A DNA stretch of 32,000 nt from Bdellovibrionales bacterium (lineage in GTDB: Bacteria > Bdellovibrionota > Bdellovibrionia > Bdellovibrionales > UBA1609), in the NCBI GenBank assembly GCA_965247685.1, contig OZ252021.1, positions 780,001 through 812,000 on the forward strand. The letters are read 5' to 3'. Both the position numbers and the translations under genes were made by a program. Positions 1 to 9,023 of this stretch are shown here, one piece after another. Every line of letters begins with the position of its first letter. Position 1 is the stretch's first letter. The notes under the pieces were generated by a model that was given only the letters and a program-made list of their open reading frames with translations, did not search any database and was not told where the DNA came from.

Positions 1-319
1 GAGTGTCAAAATACGCTTTTAAATCTCTCAGTAGTTTTTGGCTTCCTTTCATGGCGCAGGTAATATTGCAGCACACTTGAATGTGAAATTTTCCTGCTGG
101 TTTTTTATTAAACATCGTGTAGAAAGTGAGCACTTCATAGATTTCAGATTCGCTCAGATCCATCAGTTGACTGAGATAAGACACACATTCAGGGGAAATC
201 CAGCCTCCATTTTCATCTTGAATCCGGTAAAGACATGGAATGATCGCAGAAAGCTTGGTTTCATACCTTTGCATTTCTTTTTTGACAAATTCTACGCCTG
301 GAGAGGAAAGTTTAAACAT
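1..319 (-). CDS. nuoE: NADH-quinone oxidoreductase subunit E (24-kDa subunit), N-terminal part; the gene runs off the left edge of the window
   Basis: Hand translation of the minus strand from the ATG at 319-317 gives MFKLSSPGVEFVKKEMQRYETKLSAIIPCLYRIQDENGGWISPECVSYLSQLMDLSESEIYEVLTFYTMFNKKPAGKFHIQVCCNITCAMKGSQKLLRDLKAYFDT with no stop before position 1. This is typical NuoE N-terminal sequence, including the first Cys ligands of the 2Fe-2S site. An AAGGAG Shine-Dalgarno lies 8 nt upstream of the ATG. The gene is absent from the ORF track because it has no in-window stop. Confidence 0.85.
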   Translation of the reverse strand, partial: MFKLSSPGVEFVKKEMQRYETKLSAIIPCLYRIQDENGGWISPECVSYLSQLMDLSESEIYEVLTFYTMFNKKPAGKFHIQVCCNITCAMKGSQKLLRDLKAYFDT

Positions 320-390
320 TTTTATTGCTCCTTAATAATTTTAAGTTTTACAAAAAAAGATGAAAAAAACAACTTCTCTTCTTTATTTTT

Positions 391-1314
391 TCAAGAAGAA
401 AGTAACGGTCTTTTTTTGAACGGAATAATAAGGAGAGTGACACCAATTCCGAAGCTCAATAATATAGCTCCGAGGTATCCATGCCACATCAAGGGCTCAG
501 GAACAACGAAACTCACATTATAAAGACTGAGCAACTCAATAATTCCAATGGTGATTAAAGGGTCTAAGGCAATCACAAAACTTACATAAGAGGCGGGAGC
601 TCTTTTAAGGGCTTCACCTAGGCAACCATAGGCTACAATAGTATTTACACCAAGGACAATAAGAATCAGCCATTGTATAATACTCAGATTCATCAATGCA
701 CTAAAGTCAGCCAGAAATGAGAGTAGAAAAGCAGATATTGTATAGGTCAGCATATTCAGCTGTTGAGGAGGCCTTGTTTGAGATAATTTTTTTTGAAAAA
801 TAGCAAAGATAGCCCAAGTTATTCCACCTATAAGAACCCATAAATTTCCATAGAAGTGTAGAGGCCATTCTTGTAAAATCATTTCAATTTGGCTCCAGTA
901 AAATAAACCTAATCCAAATAAGGCGATTGTAATACCAGAGAGTTGTATGGGTGTAAGAACTTCTTTAAAATAGAAGATACCTGCCAGTGTTAGAATAATG
1001 ATTCCACTTTGAATCATAATCTGGGCGTTGCTGACTGTTGTCATCTCTATCCCTTTCATATAGCAGAAATAGTTTGCAGCAAGAAAAACAGCTGAAACGA
1101 CAGCCCATAAGGGAGGGTTTTTCAAAATGGTAAGATATCGTTTATTTGTAAAGTAAAAAAATATAATGAAACTTGTAGATGCGATCAACATACGAACAAA
1201 AACAATGGAACCTGAGTCGATAAAACCGGAGGTGTACTTAAGGGCTACGGCTAGGAATCCCCAGCAAACAGAGGTGATAAATGCAAAAATAATCCCAACA
1301 TTATAGGCTTTCAT
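391..1314 (-). CDS. EamA/DMT-superfamily permease (10-TM drug/metabolite transporter)
   Basis: The 307-aa product is very hydrophobic, with about 10 predicted TM segments arranged as two similar halves. The N-terminus (IIFAFITSVCWGFLAVALKY) is typical of EamA repeats. An AGGA motif lies upstream of the ATG. Confidence 0.8.
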   Translation of the reverse strand: MKAYNVGIIFAFITSVCWGFLAVALKYTSGFIDSGSIVFVRMLIASTSFIIFFYFTNKRYLTILKNPPLWAVVSAVFLAANYFCYMKGIEMTTVSNAQIMIQSGIIILTLAGIFYFKEVLTPIQLSGITIALFGLGLFYWSQIEMILQEWPLHFYGNLWVLIGGITWAIFAIFQKKLSQTRPPQQLNMLTYTISAFLLSFLADFSALMNLSIIQWLILIVLGVNTIVAYGCLGEALKRAPASYVSFVIALDPLITIGIIELLSLYNVSFVVPEPLMWHGYLGAILLSFGIGVTLLIIPFKKRPLLSS

Positions 1315-1487
1315 TTTTTAATCCTACTGAAATGGTTTTTTATAAAAGGTCACATGATATAATGAGTATTAAAAAGACTTTTCAACAACCATATTTTTAG
1401 TATGACCTAGTATTCTATATCAATAGGGATTTTTTGCTACAAAATAATAATTTTTCACTTCGAGAACAAGGTTTTTTCAAAGGGCCG

Positions 1488-3179
1488 CTAGCGGTCGAGT
1501 TCACCGGCAATCACATTCATGCTTCCTAAAATAGAAACCACATCTGCGACATAGACTCCTTGAATTTGCTCTGAAAACGATTGATAGATAGCAAAGCAGG
1601 GAGGGCGTACTTTCAAACGATAGGGTTTAGGGCCTTCGTCACTGACAAGATAAAAACCTAACTCTCCATTGGCACCCTCGGTGGCATCATAAAGTTCGCC
1701 CTTACGAGGTCTGAGCCCTTTCATCACCAGCATGAAGTGGCTCATTAATCCTTCAATATTGCCGTAGACATCTTTTTTTTCCGGAAGAACAATGTCTCTA
1801 TCTCGAACAGTATAATCTCCAGAAGGAAGATTTTGAGCCAATTGTCTTATAATTTTCAAAGACTGTCTCATCTCTTCTACACGAACAAGGTAGCGATCAT
1901 ACACGTCTCCACTGGTTCCAACAGGAATATCAAAATCCATTTCTGAATAAAGGTAGTAGGGTGTTGCTTTTCGTAAATCAAGGTTTACACCACAAGCACG
2001 AAGACAAGGACCTGTATAACCCCAATCAACAGCCGAATGAGCATCTATTTTCCCGATACCTTGAGTTCTTTGAATCCAAATTTTATTATGAGTGAGAAGA
2101 GTTTCTAACTCGTCGATTCCTCGTTCCATTTCTTTACAAAAAATTAAGACATTTTGAATCCAATCATGAGGAGGGTTTTGAGCCATACCACCAATACGAG
2201 TGAGGGAAACAGTCAAGCGTGCTCCACAGAGTTGTTCAAACAAAGTGTAAACTTTTTCTCTGTAAGTAAAGAGATGAAAAAAGCTTGTTAAAGCACCTAG
2301 ATCCAATGCATTGGCTCCGATGCAAATTAAGTGATCAATAATCCGGGAGAGTTCACAAAGAATCATTCGCAGTGCTTGAGCTTTGAGTGGAATTTCAATT
2401 CCAAGCAACCGTTCTACAATTTTACAATATCCAACATTGTTAATAGGAGCGGAACAGTAATTCAAACGATCTGTATAAGGAATCACTTGGTTATAAGGGT
2501 GGGTTTCTGCCATTTTTTCAAAACAACGGTGAAGATAACCAATTTCTACTGTAGATCGGTGAATCTTTTCTCCATTTATTTGAGCCATAATTCGCAAAGT
2601 TCCATGAGTCGCAGGATGAGCGGGACCAATATTGAGAGGAACCAAATCTTTGTTTTCATCACTGATAGTTTCTTTCGGAGTACGAGGCTCATCAAAATGC
2701 AGCTCCAGGGCAGAATTGCAGTGTTGTTGCTGATCCGCAGGGTAATCTTTTCTGAGAGGGTATCCTTCAAATTGATGATGAGTAAGAAGTCTTCTTAAGT
2801 TGGGGTGGTTTGAAAACGAAATGCCGTACATTTCATAAGTTTCTCTTTCAAACCAATCTGCAGTTTTCCATAAAAATTGAGCTGTTGGCACAGATTCATT
2901 TTCGTTAACTTGTACTTTCACTCGGACACGTTGATAAGTTTTTCCTGAAAAAAGTTCATAACAAACATCAAATCTTTTTTTTCTATCTGGAAAATCTACT
3001 CCACATATTTGCATTAAAAAATCAAAGTGATGTTTTGTTTTTAATTCTGACAGTAAGGCTTCAAGGTTTTTGGGATTACAATGAATCACAGAGTCTTCAC
3101 ATTGTTCCGTGAAACTCAAAGAGTCTTGGGGAAAAGACTTTAAAATTTCTTCTTTTAAGGTGCTCGGTAAAGAACTCAA
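1488..3179 (-). CDS. nuoCD: NADH-quinone oxidoreductase fused subunit C/D
   Basis: The NuoC-like N-terminal half contains [27 protein letters not shown]. The NuoD half contains [22 protein letters not shown] and the C-terminal VIAGELDR. The track ORF extends to 3290 and would overlap nuoB by 115 nt. I instead place the start at a TTG (3179-3177) that overlaps the nuoB TGA stop in a TTGA arrangement, giving [14 protein letters not shown]... The exact start is uncertain. Confidence 0.9.
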   Translation of the reverse strand: MSSLPSTLKEEILKSFPQDSLSFTEQCEDSVIHCNPKNLEALLSELKTKHHFDFLMQICGVDFPDRKKRFDVCYELFSGKTYQRVRVKVQVNENESVPTAQFLWKTADWFERETYEMYGISFSNHPNLRRLLTHHQFEGYPLRKDYPADQQQHCNSALELHFDEPRTPKETISDENKDLVPLNIGPAHPATHGTLRIMAQINGEKIHRSTVEIGYLHRCFEKMAETHPYNQVIPYTDRLNYCSAPINNVGYCKIVERLLGIEIPLKAQALRMILCELSRIIDHLICIGANALDLGALTSFFHLFTYREKVYTLFEQLCGARLTVSLTRIGGMAQNPPHDWIQNVLIFCKEMERGIDELETLLTHNKIWIQRTQGIGKIDAHSAVDWGYTGPCLRACGVNLDLRKATPYYLYSEMDFDIPVGTSGDVYDRYLVRVEEMRQSLKIIRQLAQNLPSGDYTVRDRDIVLPEKKDVYGNIEGLMSHFMLVMKGLRPRKGELYDATEGANGELGFYLVSDEGPKPYRLKVRPPCFAIYQSFSEQIQGVYVADVVSILGSMNVIAGELDR

Positions 3180-3697
3180 ATAACAACCCCTGGCTGCCAA
3201 TGATCTTTCCACGGCCGAGGAGTGTTGTCTGTGATCATTTTTTGAACTACCATTACTCCATCTAAAACAGCCTCTGGAGTGGGAGGACATCCAGGAACAT
3301 AAGCATCCACAGGAATAATTTTATCTACACCCTGTAATACATGGTAGGCACGATAAAAACCTCCAGAGCTGGCACAAGCTCCCATAGCAATTACAAATTT
3401 CGGTTCCAGCATTTGTTCATAAATTCTTAACAGGATAGGGGCGAGTTTTTCAGTGATAGTCCCCGCAACGATCAGAAGATCCGCCTGTCTTGGAGAAAAC
3501 CGTATCAACTCAGCACCAAAACGAGCCAGATCATAACGAGGCCCCATGACAGACATCATTTCAATTCCACAACAAGCCGTCCCATAAGGCATAGGCCAAA
3601 GCGAATTACGTTTTCCCCATGCCGCAATTTTAGAAATGCGGGAGGTTAAAGCAAAAGATCGACTGTCTTCAACTAATTGTGATTGGGAAGTGTTCAA
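3176..3697 (-). CDS. nuoB: NADH-quinone oxidoreductase subunit B (20-kDa, N2 Fe-S subunit)
   Basis: Diagnostic motifs [22 protein letters not shown] and [10 protein letters not shown] are present. The start codon is TTG, with an AAGGAA Shine-Dalgarno 7 nt upstream. Confidence 0.93.
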   Translation of the reverse strand: MNTSQSQLVEDSRSFALTSRISKIAAWGKRNSLWPMPYGTACCGIEMMSVMGPRYDLARFGAELIRFSPRQADLLIVAGTITEKLAPILLRIYEQMLEPKFVIAMGACASSGGFYRAYHVLQGVDKIIPVDAYVPGCPPTPEAVLDGVMVVQKMITDNTPRPWKDHWQPGVVI

Positions 3698-3805
3698 AAC
3701 AAAGTTCCTTTTAAAATAATCACGGATATTCTACAGGAGTTTAATAGATTTGTCAAAAAACTCTAGATGCTTTAAGATGCATTTTTGCAACAAAAGAGAG
3801 AGATT

Positions 3806-4519
3806 ATGCCCCAGTCCAATATTTTGAATCAAATCTTAAAAGAAGCAAGCCAACTTTCAAAGAGGCCTTTGTGTGTTTTTGACTTAGACTCCACCTTAAT
3901 TTGTGTCAGCGAAAGAATAAAAAAAATCCTTCAAAGTGTGGAGTCCAATGAAAAATTTAAACACTGGAATCCTTCTCAATTCCATAAGATAAAAACTATC
4001 ACGGTGAAGAACACTGATTTCAGTTTAAAAGATGTCTTTGAAAGGGCCTCGATTCATTTATCGAATGAACAGTATAGGCTGATTCATAAATACTGGGCGT
4101 ATTGTTTTTTTAGTAATTCTTTTTTGAATTATGACACTCTTTACAAGGGAGTTCAGAATTATCTCCATCAAATTAGTATACATTCAGAAATCATGTATCT
4201 CACAGGTCGCAGTCGAGAGCTCATGGAAGAAGGAACTTACAAACAAATCAGAAAATGGAGTTTACCTCTTAAAACAGACAATCATTTAATTATGAAACCC
4301 AATAGTTTCACAGAAGATGCTGTTTATAAAAAAATACAGTTAGAAAGACTAGTCCAACAATACAAAAACATTTGGTTTTTTGAAAATGACCCTGCTATTA
4401 TTAACTATGTGAATAGTTGTCTTCCTCAGATTCAAATTGTTTTCATGCAAAGTGCTTCTAGGGCTCGCCAAACTTTACGAAAGTCATTTCCGACTATAGG
4501 CATGGATTACTCTTTATGA
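3806..4519 (+). CDS. HAD-superfamily phosphatase; subfamily uncertain, with a layout reminiscent of polynucleotide-kinase-type phosphatase domains
   Basis: Motif I is FDLDSTL (DxDxT). Motif II is YLTGRS. A conserved Lys (IMKP) and an acidic motif IV (FFENDP) are also present. I prefer the ATG at 3806 over the TTG at 3785 used by the track. The stop overlaps the RNase R start (ATGA). Confidence 0.6.
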   Translation: MPQSNILNQILKEASQLSKRPLCVFDLDSTLICVSERIKKILQSVESNEKFKHWNPSQFHKIKTITVKNTDFSLKDVFERASIHLSNEQYRLIHKYWAYCFFSNSFLNYDTLYKGVQNYLHQISIHSEIMYLTGRSRELMEEGTYKQIRKWSLPLKTDNHLIMKPNSFTEDAVYKKIQLERLVQQYKNIWFFENDPAIINYVNSCLPQIQIVFMQSASRARQTLRKSFPTIGMDYSL

Positions 4520-6228
4520 AAAGATCAAAATCGAAGGGAAAAATCAAGAAAAAAAAGTATACTTCTGACGCCTCTTTTAAAAAGGAGGATATTGATGATT
4601 CTCGGCAAGATAATTTAAGGATACTGAAGCAGTTTGATATTTTGCACGAATTTTCTTCTGCGATCTCCACTAGCCATGACAAAAATGGAAAAGGAGAGTT
4701 TAATCAAAAAGATCTCAGTCAAAGGAAAGATCTAAGGCACCTGCCTTTTGTAACTATAGATGGTATTAGCGCTAAAGATTTTGATGATTCTATCTATGTG
4801 GAAAAAGTGAAAAAAGGTTGGAAGGCTTGGGTGAGTATTGCAGATGTGGATTATTATGTTCAAGAAGGAACTGCTCTCGATCGAGAGGCTTATCAAAGAG
4901 GGAATAGTACTTATTTTCCAAACTTTGTTTCTCCCATGCTTCCTCATTATCTGAGTCAAGATTTATGCTCTTTGAATCCGCATGTTCCTCGATTAACAAT
5001 GACGGCAGAAATGTATTATGATCCAAAAGGTTGTCTTAAAAAAAGTTTTTTCTACGAGTCTGTTATTTGTAGTCATGCTCGGCTCACTTATGAACATGCT
5101 CAGGCTATTCTCGAAGGAGAAGAAGAAGTTGAAAAAATATCGAACGGAGTGCGAAAATCTATATTGACTGCAAAAGATTTATCAGAAGTTCTTATGAACC
5201 AACGTATGAATAACGGTTCTATTAATTTGGATCTTCCTGAAACAGAAATTCTTTTAGACGAAGAAGAAGAGCCTATTAATATTGTGCAGTCTTATCGTCT
5301 CTTTTCTCACAAGCTCATAGAAGAATTAATGCTTGCAGCGAATCAAGCTGTAGCAAAATTTTTAACTCACAAAAAAGTATCTTCTATTTATAGAATACAT
5401 GAGACACCCGACAACGAAGACTTATCTAATTTGAATCAATTTTTAAAAACCTTAGGCGACTCTATTTCATTGTTTGATAATAAAAATAGATATTCAAAAA
5501 AATCTAAAATTTCTATTCATATTTCTAATTGTATAAAAAAGATGAAAGAACACCCTAAAAAATTAATCATGCACAATTTAATACTCAGAGCTTTGCCCCA
5601 AGCTCGTTATAGTGCATATAATAAAGGTCACTTTGGGTTGCAGTTTGATTGCTACACGCACTTTACTTCTCCTATTCGCCGCTATTCCGATTTGATTGTT
5701 CATCGTCTTTTAAAAAGAGCTCTAAAAATTTCTAAAGGCTCTCTTCCTCCTTCAAAAGAGTTAGAAAGACGAGCAGTATTTCTGAGTCAATGTGAGCAGA
5801 GATCCGTTCAAGCAGAAAGACAAATTGCTAATATTAAAAAGTCTCGATTTATGAAAAAACATATAGGGGAGGAGTTTCAAGGGGTGATTTCGTCTGTGAC
5901 CAAGTTTGGTTTTTTTGTAACTCTTCACGAGTATTATGTAGATGGTTTAGTGCATATTAATAATTTGGGAGGACGTTGGAAGTTTAATCCTTCTCAATTA
6001 TTTTTGAAGTCTGTTCCGTCAAACTATTATATTCACCAAGGAGATAATGTGAAAGTACAAGTGGCTGTGTGCAATGTCGAAGAGGGTTTTGTTGATTTTA
6101 ATTTATTGGAGCATAATCAAAAAAAGTATTACCGAAGAGAGATTTCTTTAAAAAATTTGAATTCAAAAAAAAGAAAAAAATCTCAAAATACATTTCAGCG
6201 CCGCTATTCTAAAAGGCTTAAAAATTAA
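4516..6228 (+). CDS. rnr: RNase II/R-family 3'-5' exoribonuclease (RNB + S1 domains) lacking the N-terminal cold-shock domains
   Basis: RNB motifs are present: LPFVTIDGISAKDFDDSIYVEK and HFGLQFDCYTHFTSPIRRYSDLIVHR. The C-terminal S1 domain contains FQGVISSVTKFGFFVTLHEYYVDGLVHINNLG. Both the N- and C-terminal tails are Lys-rich. At 570 aa the protein has only about 70 residues ahead of the RNB domain. Confidence 0.85.
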   Translation: MKRSKSKGKIKKKKYTSDASFKKEDIDDSRQDNLRILKQFDILHEFSSAISTSHDKNGKGEFNQKDLSQRKDLRHLPFVTIDGISAKDFDDSIYVEKVKKGWKAWVSIADVDYYVQEGTALDREAYQRGNSTYFPNFVSPMLPHYLSQDLCSLNPHVPRLTMTAEMYYDPKGCLKKSFFYESVICSHARLTYEHAQAILEGEEEVEKISNGVRKSILTAKDLSEVLMNQRMNNGSINLDLPETEILLDEEEEPINIVQSYRLFSHKLIEELMLAANQAVAKFLTHKKVSSIYRIHETPDNEDLSNLNQFLKTLGDSISLFDNKNRYSKKSKISIHISNCIKKMKEHPKKLIMHNLILRALPQARYSAYNKGHFGLQFDCYTHFTSPIRRYSDLIVHRLLKRALKISKGSLPPSKELERRAVFLSQCEQRSVQAERQIANIKKSRFMKKHIGEEFQGVISSVTKFGFFVTLHEYYVDGLVHINNLGGRWKFNPSQLFLKSVPSNYYIHQGDNVKVQVAVCNVEEGFVDFNLLEHNQKKYYRREISLKNLNSKKRKKSQNTFQRRYSKRLKN

Positions 6229-6275
6229 ATTTAGATTTGATTTTTCAACTCAACTTTGAAGTGAAATACATTACA

Positions 6276-7643
6276 TTACATTTCATGAGGAAGTAGTCTT
6301 TTTTTAGAGCGATAGTAAGTGCGAGGAGATTGGGATAAAAAGTCGGTAATGTGTGACATATAGATACAAGAAAATCTTTCTGCTTGCGAGGCAAATAGGC
6401 TTTCTTCCATTCCAATTCTCATCACTTCCCCCCAATAAGGATTAAAATTTTCATCTGATTTTTGAATATAGGTTTGCAGTTGAAGATCCAGTTGTTCCGT
6501 TTCTTTTAATAAATCTCTAACTTTTTCTTTATTATTGTTGTGGTTATTTTCAATTTGATCAGAGACGAGCTTCTCGATTTGCACTTCTATAGATGTTTTT
6601 TTTTGCATCAAGTTTTTAATCTTCTTGTAAAGAGGTTCATTATTTTTAATTTGTTCTCTTTCTGTTATTAATTCTGAAATCACCAAAGCTGTTCTCCATC
6701 CGCATGTTTTTTTTAATAACACAACATCCGTGTAAACTTGGTCTCCGATATAAAGAATTTCATATTCATTCATGTTTAAGTATTTTGTGAGCTCCTGCGC
6801 GCATCCATTTTTATAAAGACCAGCAGAAGGTTGAGTGGTTTCAGATAGCACTTCCAAGGTTTTAGGATCGACAACTTTAAAAGGTTGTTTTTTGTAAAAG
6901 AAGTGGGGTTTTTCAGCAGATGTAACAGCAACTTTAAATAAATCGATCCATGAGGAATGCTCTTTTAAATAAGGGGTGATAGTATAGTCCATCAAGAAGG
7001 AAGCATAGTATGGGGCAGAGTTAGTGACTAAAAAAAGAGTTTTTCCATGCTGAATTAATTTTTCTAACCCTTGAGCAATTTGTGGATGAATTTTGATGTA
7101 TTGTTCAGGATTTTTCATGACTAATTTTTTCATATCTTCAGTATGGACTTTATCATTTGTGGCCATTACATCGTTAGATATTTGTGAGAGTTCAGGTAAA
7201 GAGTGAGATTTTTTAAGCTCTGCTAGTTGCATGTAGAGTATGGATGGAGCAATAAGGAAATGAGATTCTATAAATGAAAAGCGAGGGTGATTGACTTCAA
7301 AATCGATATAATCTGTAGGGTAAATTTCTCTGCGGTTGGTATAGTGGACGGGAGTCTCTCCATTAAAAATTTTTCGAATCGATCGATATCGAGAAAGTTT
7401 AAAAAAATGTCCTTTTTGATTATCAATCACTAAACCACGAATGACTTTTTGATAGTCAAACTTCAATTGAAGAATTTGAGCAGGGTATCCTTTTTCGTTG
7501 ACAAGTCTTTTTATAATCGCTTGATAAGTGTCTTTTTCAAAATTTTGAGAATTATATTCTACCAATGTGAGATCCATATCAAATCCAATAGCTTTGATTT
7601 TTTTCATATTTAAAGTTCTATTGATATATACTTCCTGATTCAT
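6276..7643 (-). CDS. HAD-IG family 5'-nucleotidase (cytosolic purine 5'-nucleotidase / cN-II-like)
   Basis: The N-terminus VYINRTLNMKKIKAIGFDMDLTLVEYN...GYPAQIL...IRGLVIDNQKGHFFKL is characteristic of the 5_nucleotid (HAD-IG) family. YIGDQVYTDV supplies motif IV. I prefer the ATG at 7643 (AAGGAAA Shine-Dalgarno upstream) over the track start at 7688. Confidence 0.8.
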   Translation of the reverse strand: MNQEVYINRTLNMKKIKAIGFDMDLTLVEYNSQNFEKDTYQAIIKRLVNEKGYPAQILQLKFDYQKVIRGLVIDNQKGHFFKLSRYRSIRKIFNGETPVHYTNRREIYPTDYIDFEVNHPRFSFIESHFLIAPSILYMQLAELKKSHSLPELSQISNDVMATNDKVHTEDMKKLVMKNPEQYIKIHPQIAQGLEKLIQHGKTLFLVTNSAPYYASFLMDYTITPYLKEHSSWIDLFKVAVTSAEKPHFFYKKQPFKVVDPKTLEVLSETTQPSAGLYKNGCAQELTKYLNMNEYEILYIGDQVYTDVVLLKKTCGWRTALVISELITEREQIKNNEPLYKKIKNLMQKKTSIEVQIEKLVSDQIENNHNNNKEKVRDLLKETEQLDLQLQTYIQKSDENFNPYWGEVMRIGMEESLFASQAERFSCIYMSHITDFLSQSPRTYYRSKKRLLPHEM

Positions 7644-7776
7644 GGATTTCCTTTTTAAGAGACTAGAAAATTTTAACAAGAAGGTCATAGAATAACAACT
7701 GAAAGTTTACTCCTTAATTATTATTCGAGAATTTCAGTTGAGCAATAGGAGGTTCTTTGCTAAAACTTTCTTACTT

Positions 7777-8871
7777 ATGGGAAGGATAAAACTAAATAAA
7801 GATCAAGCTATGGAATTAGCTCTTAAGGAAGCTCAAAAAGGTTTAGGCCGTGTTTCTCCAAACCCTCCTGTAGGTGCAGTTGTTGTAGACTCTGAAGGTT
7901 ATCTTCTTTCTACAGGTTATCATAAAGCCTATGGAGAGGATCATGCAGAGATGGTGGCTATTCAAAACTGTAATTCTTCTCTTAAAGGTGCAACCCTTTA
8001 TGTCACTCTTGAACCTTGTGCCCACCAGGGCTTAACTCCTTCCTGTGCTGAAAAACTATCAACCCTACCTCTTCATAAAGTTTGTTTGGGAGTTGTCGAT
8101 CCTAATCCTAAAGTCTGTGGTCGAGGTATAGAAAAACTCAAAAAAGCTTCTATTCCATTCGAAGTCTATGAAGGGATTTTTAAAGAAAAGCTTTATGAAT
8201 TAATTGAAGCTTTTTCTTACAATATGAAGTATCAAAAACCTTTTGTGGCTTTAAAAATAGCTTCTTCTTTGAATGGACGTATCTCTACTCCCCAGAGGAA
8301 GTGGATTACAAATGAAAAGTCGAGAGAACAAGTTTCTTACATTCGAGGGTGCTATGATGCTGTATGTGTAGGTGCGCAAACCATCTTGCAGGATAACCCT
8401 CGATTGAATGCACGCCACCCTCAATTTGAAAATCAGGAAAATTATGTAGTGATTTTAGATCCTTTGGCCCATTGTTGTGAATTTTTAAAAAATTCTTTAG
8501 TGACTCAAGTGCGTGATATTTCTAAAGTCATTGTGGTGACTTCTCAGTCTCATTATAAGAATTACCAAGGACCCATCATTCAAATGCCTGCCAATGATCG
8601 AGGGTTGTTTGATTTAGAGGACCTTTTAAAAGAACTATTTAAAAAAAAGGTGTATTCTGTTTTGGTTGAAGGAGGGGTTCAAACTTTCTCTTCTTTTATG
8701 CCTATTGCTCAGAGGCTATATTTATTTTTAGCTCCAACTCTGATAAGCTCAAAAGAGAGCCTCAGTTGGGACAAAAACCTTTTGTTCAACCCCTCCCTTC
8801 TGCATTTAAAAGATGTTCAGCACACTGTATATGATAAAGATATTTTAATTACAGGGCTTTTAAATGGGTAG
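7777..8871 (+). CDS. ribD: Bifunctional riboflavin biosynthesis protein RibD (pyrimidine deaminase / uracil reductase)
   Basis: Deaminase zinc motifs HAEMVAI and TLEPCAHQGLTPSC follow SPNPPVGAVVV. The C-terminal RibD_C-like reductase half contains KIASSLNGRIS and VGAQTILQDNPRLNAR. The track start at 7738 is a TTG; the ATG at 7777 (MGRIKLNKDQAMELALKEA) fits typical RibD N-termini better. Confidence 0.9.
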   Translation: MGRIKLNKDQAMELALKEAQKGLGRVSPNPPVGAVVVDSEGYLLSTGYHKAYGEDHAEMVAIQNCNSSLKGATLYVTLEPCAHQGLTPSCAEKLSTLPLHKVCLGVVDPNPKVCGRGIEKLKKASIPFEVYEGIFKEKLYELIEAFSYNMKYQKPFVALKIASSLNGRISTPQRKWITNEKSREQVSYIRGCYDAVCVGAQTILQDNPRLNARHPQFENQENYVVILDPLAHCCEFLKNSLVTQVRDISKVIVVTSQSHYKNYQGPIIQMPANDRGLFDLEDLLKELFKKKVYSVLVEGGVQTFSSFMPIAQRLYLFLAPTLISSKESLSWDKNLLFNPSLLHLKDVQHTVYDKDILITGLLNG

Positions 8872-9023
8872 AATCTCATCTTTTATCATACTTTCTGTAG
8901 AATTCTTCTGATTCATGGGTTTGAAAACCTTTTCGAGTTATCAAATGCTCTTTCGTATGAGCAGCAGTGAAATGAGTCAAAAACTTTTAATTTTTTGATG
9001 AAAAAATCCGATAAAAAAGAGAA

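Noticed and set aside
38-523. A 161-aa plus-strand ORF at the left edge
   Set aside because: It lies entirely antisense to two well-supported minus-strand genes: the nuoE N-terminus (1-319, with a strong Shine-Dalgarno) and the 3' end of the EamA permease. The product has no recognisable motifs.
1482-1495. A GC-rich 10-bp palindrome, CCGCTAGCGG, at the nuoCD stop codon
   Set aside because: It has no loop, so it cannot form a terminator hairpin. It simply spans the last codons and stop (…DR*), and there is no second copy in the window.
2331-2798. A 155-aa plus-strand ORF (and the 64-aa minus-strand ORF at 2576-2770) inside nuoCD
   Set aside because: They are antisense or out of frame relative to the highly conserved NuoD coding sequence. 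The sequences are low-complexity with no family resemblance. Long antisense frames are a known by-product of codon bias.
3180-3290. An N-terminal extension of nuoCD back to the ATG at 3290 (the 600-aa version)
   Set aside because: It would overlap nuoB by 115 nt. It also encodes a non-conserved, Arg/Ser/Cys-rich peptide ([14 protein letters not shown]...) unlike NuoC. A TTG overlapping the nuoB stop gives a typical NuoC N-terminus.
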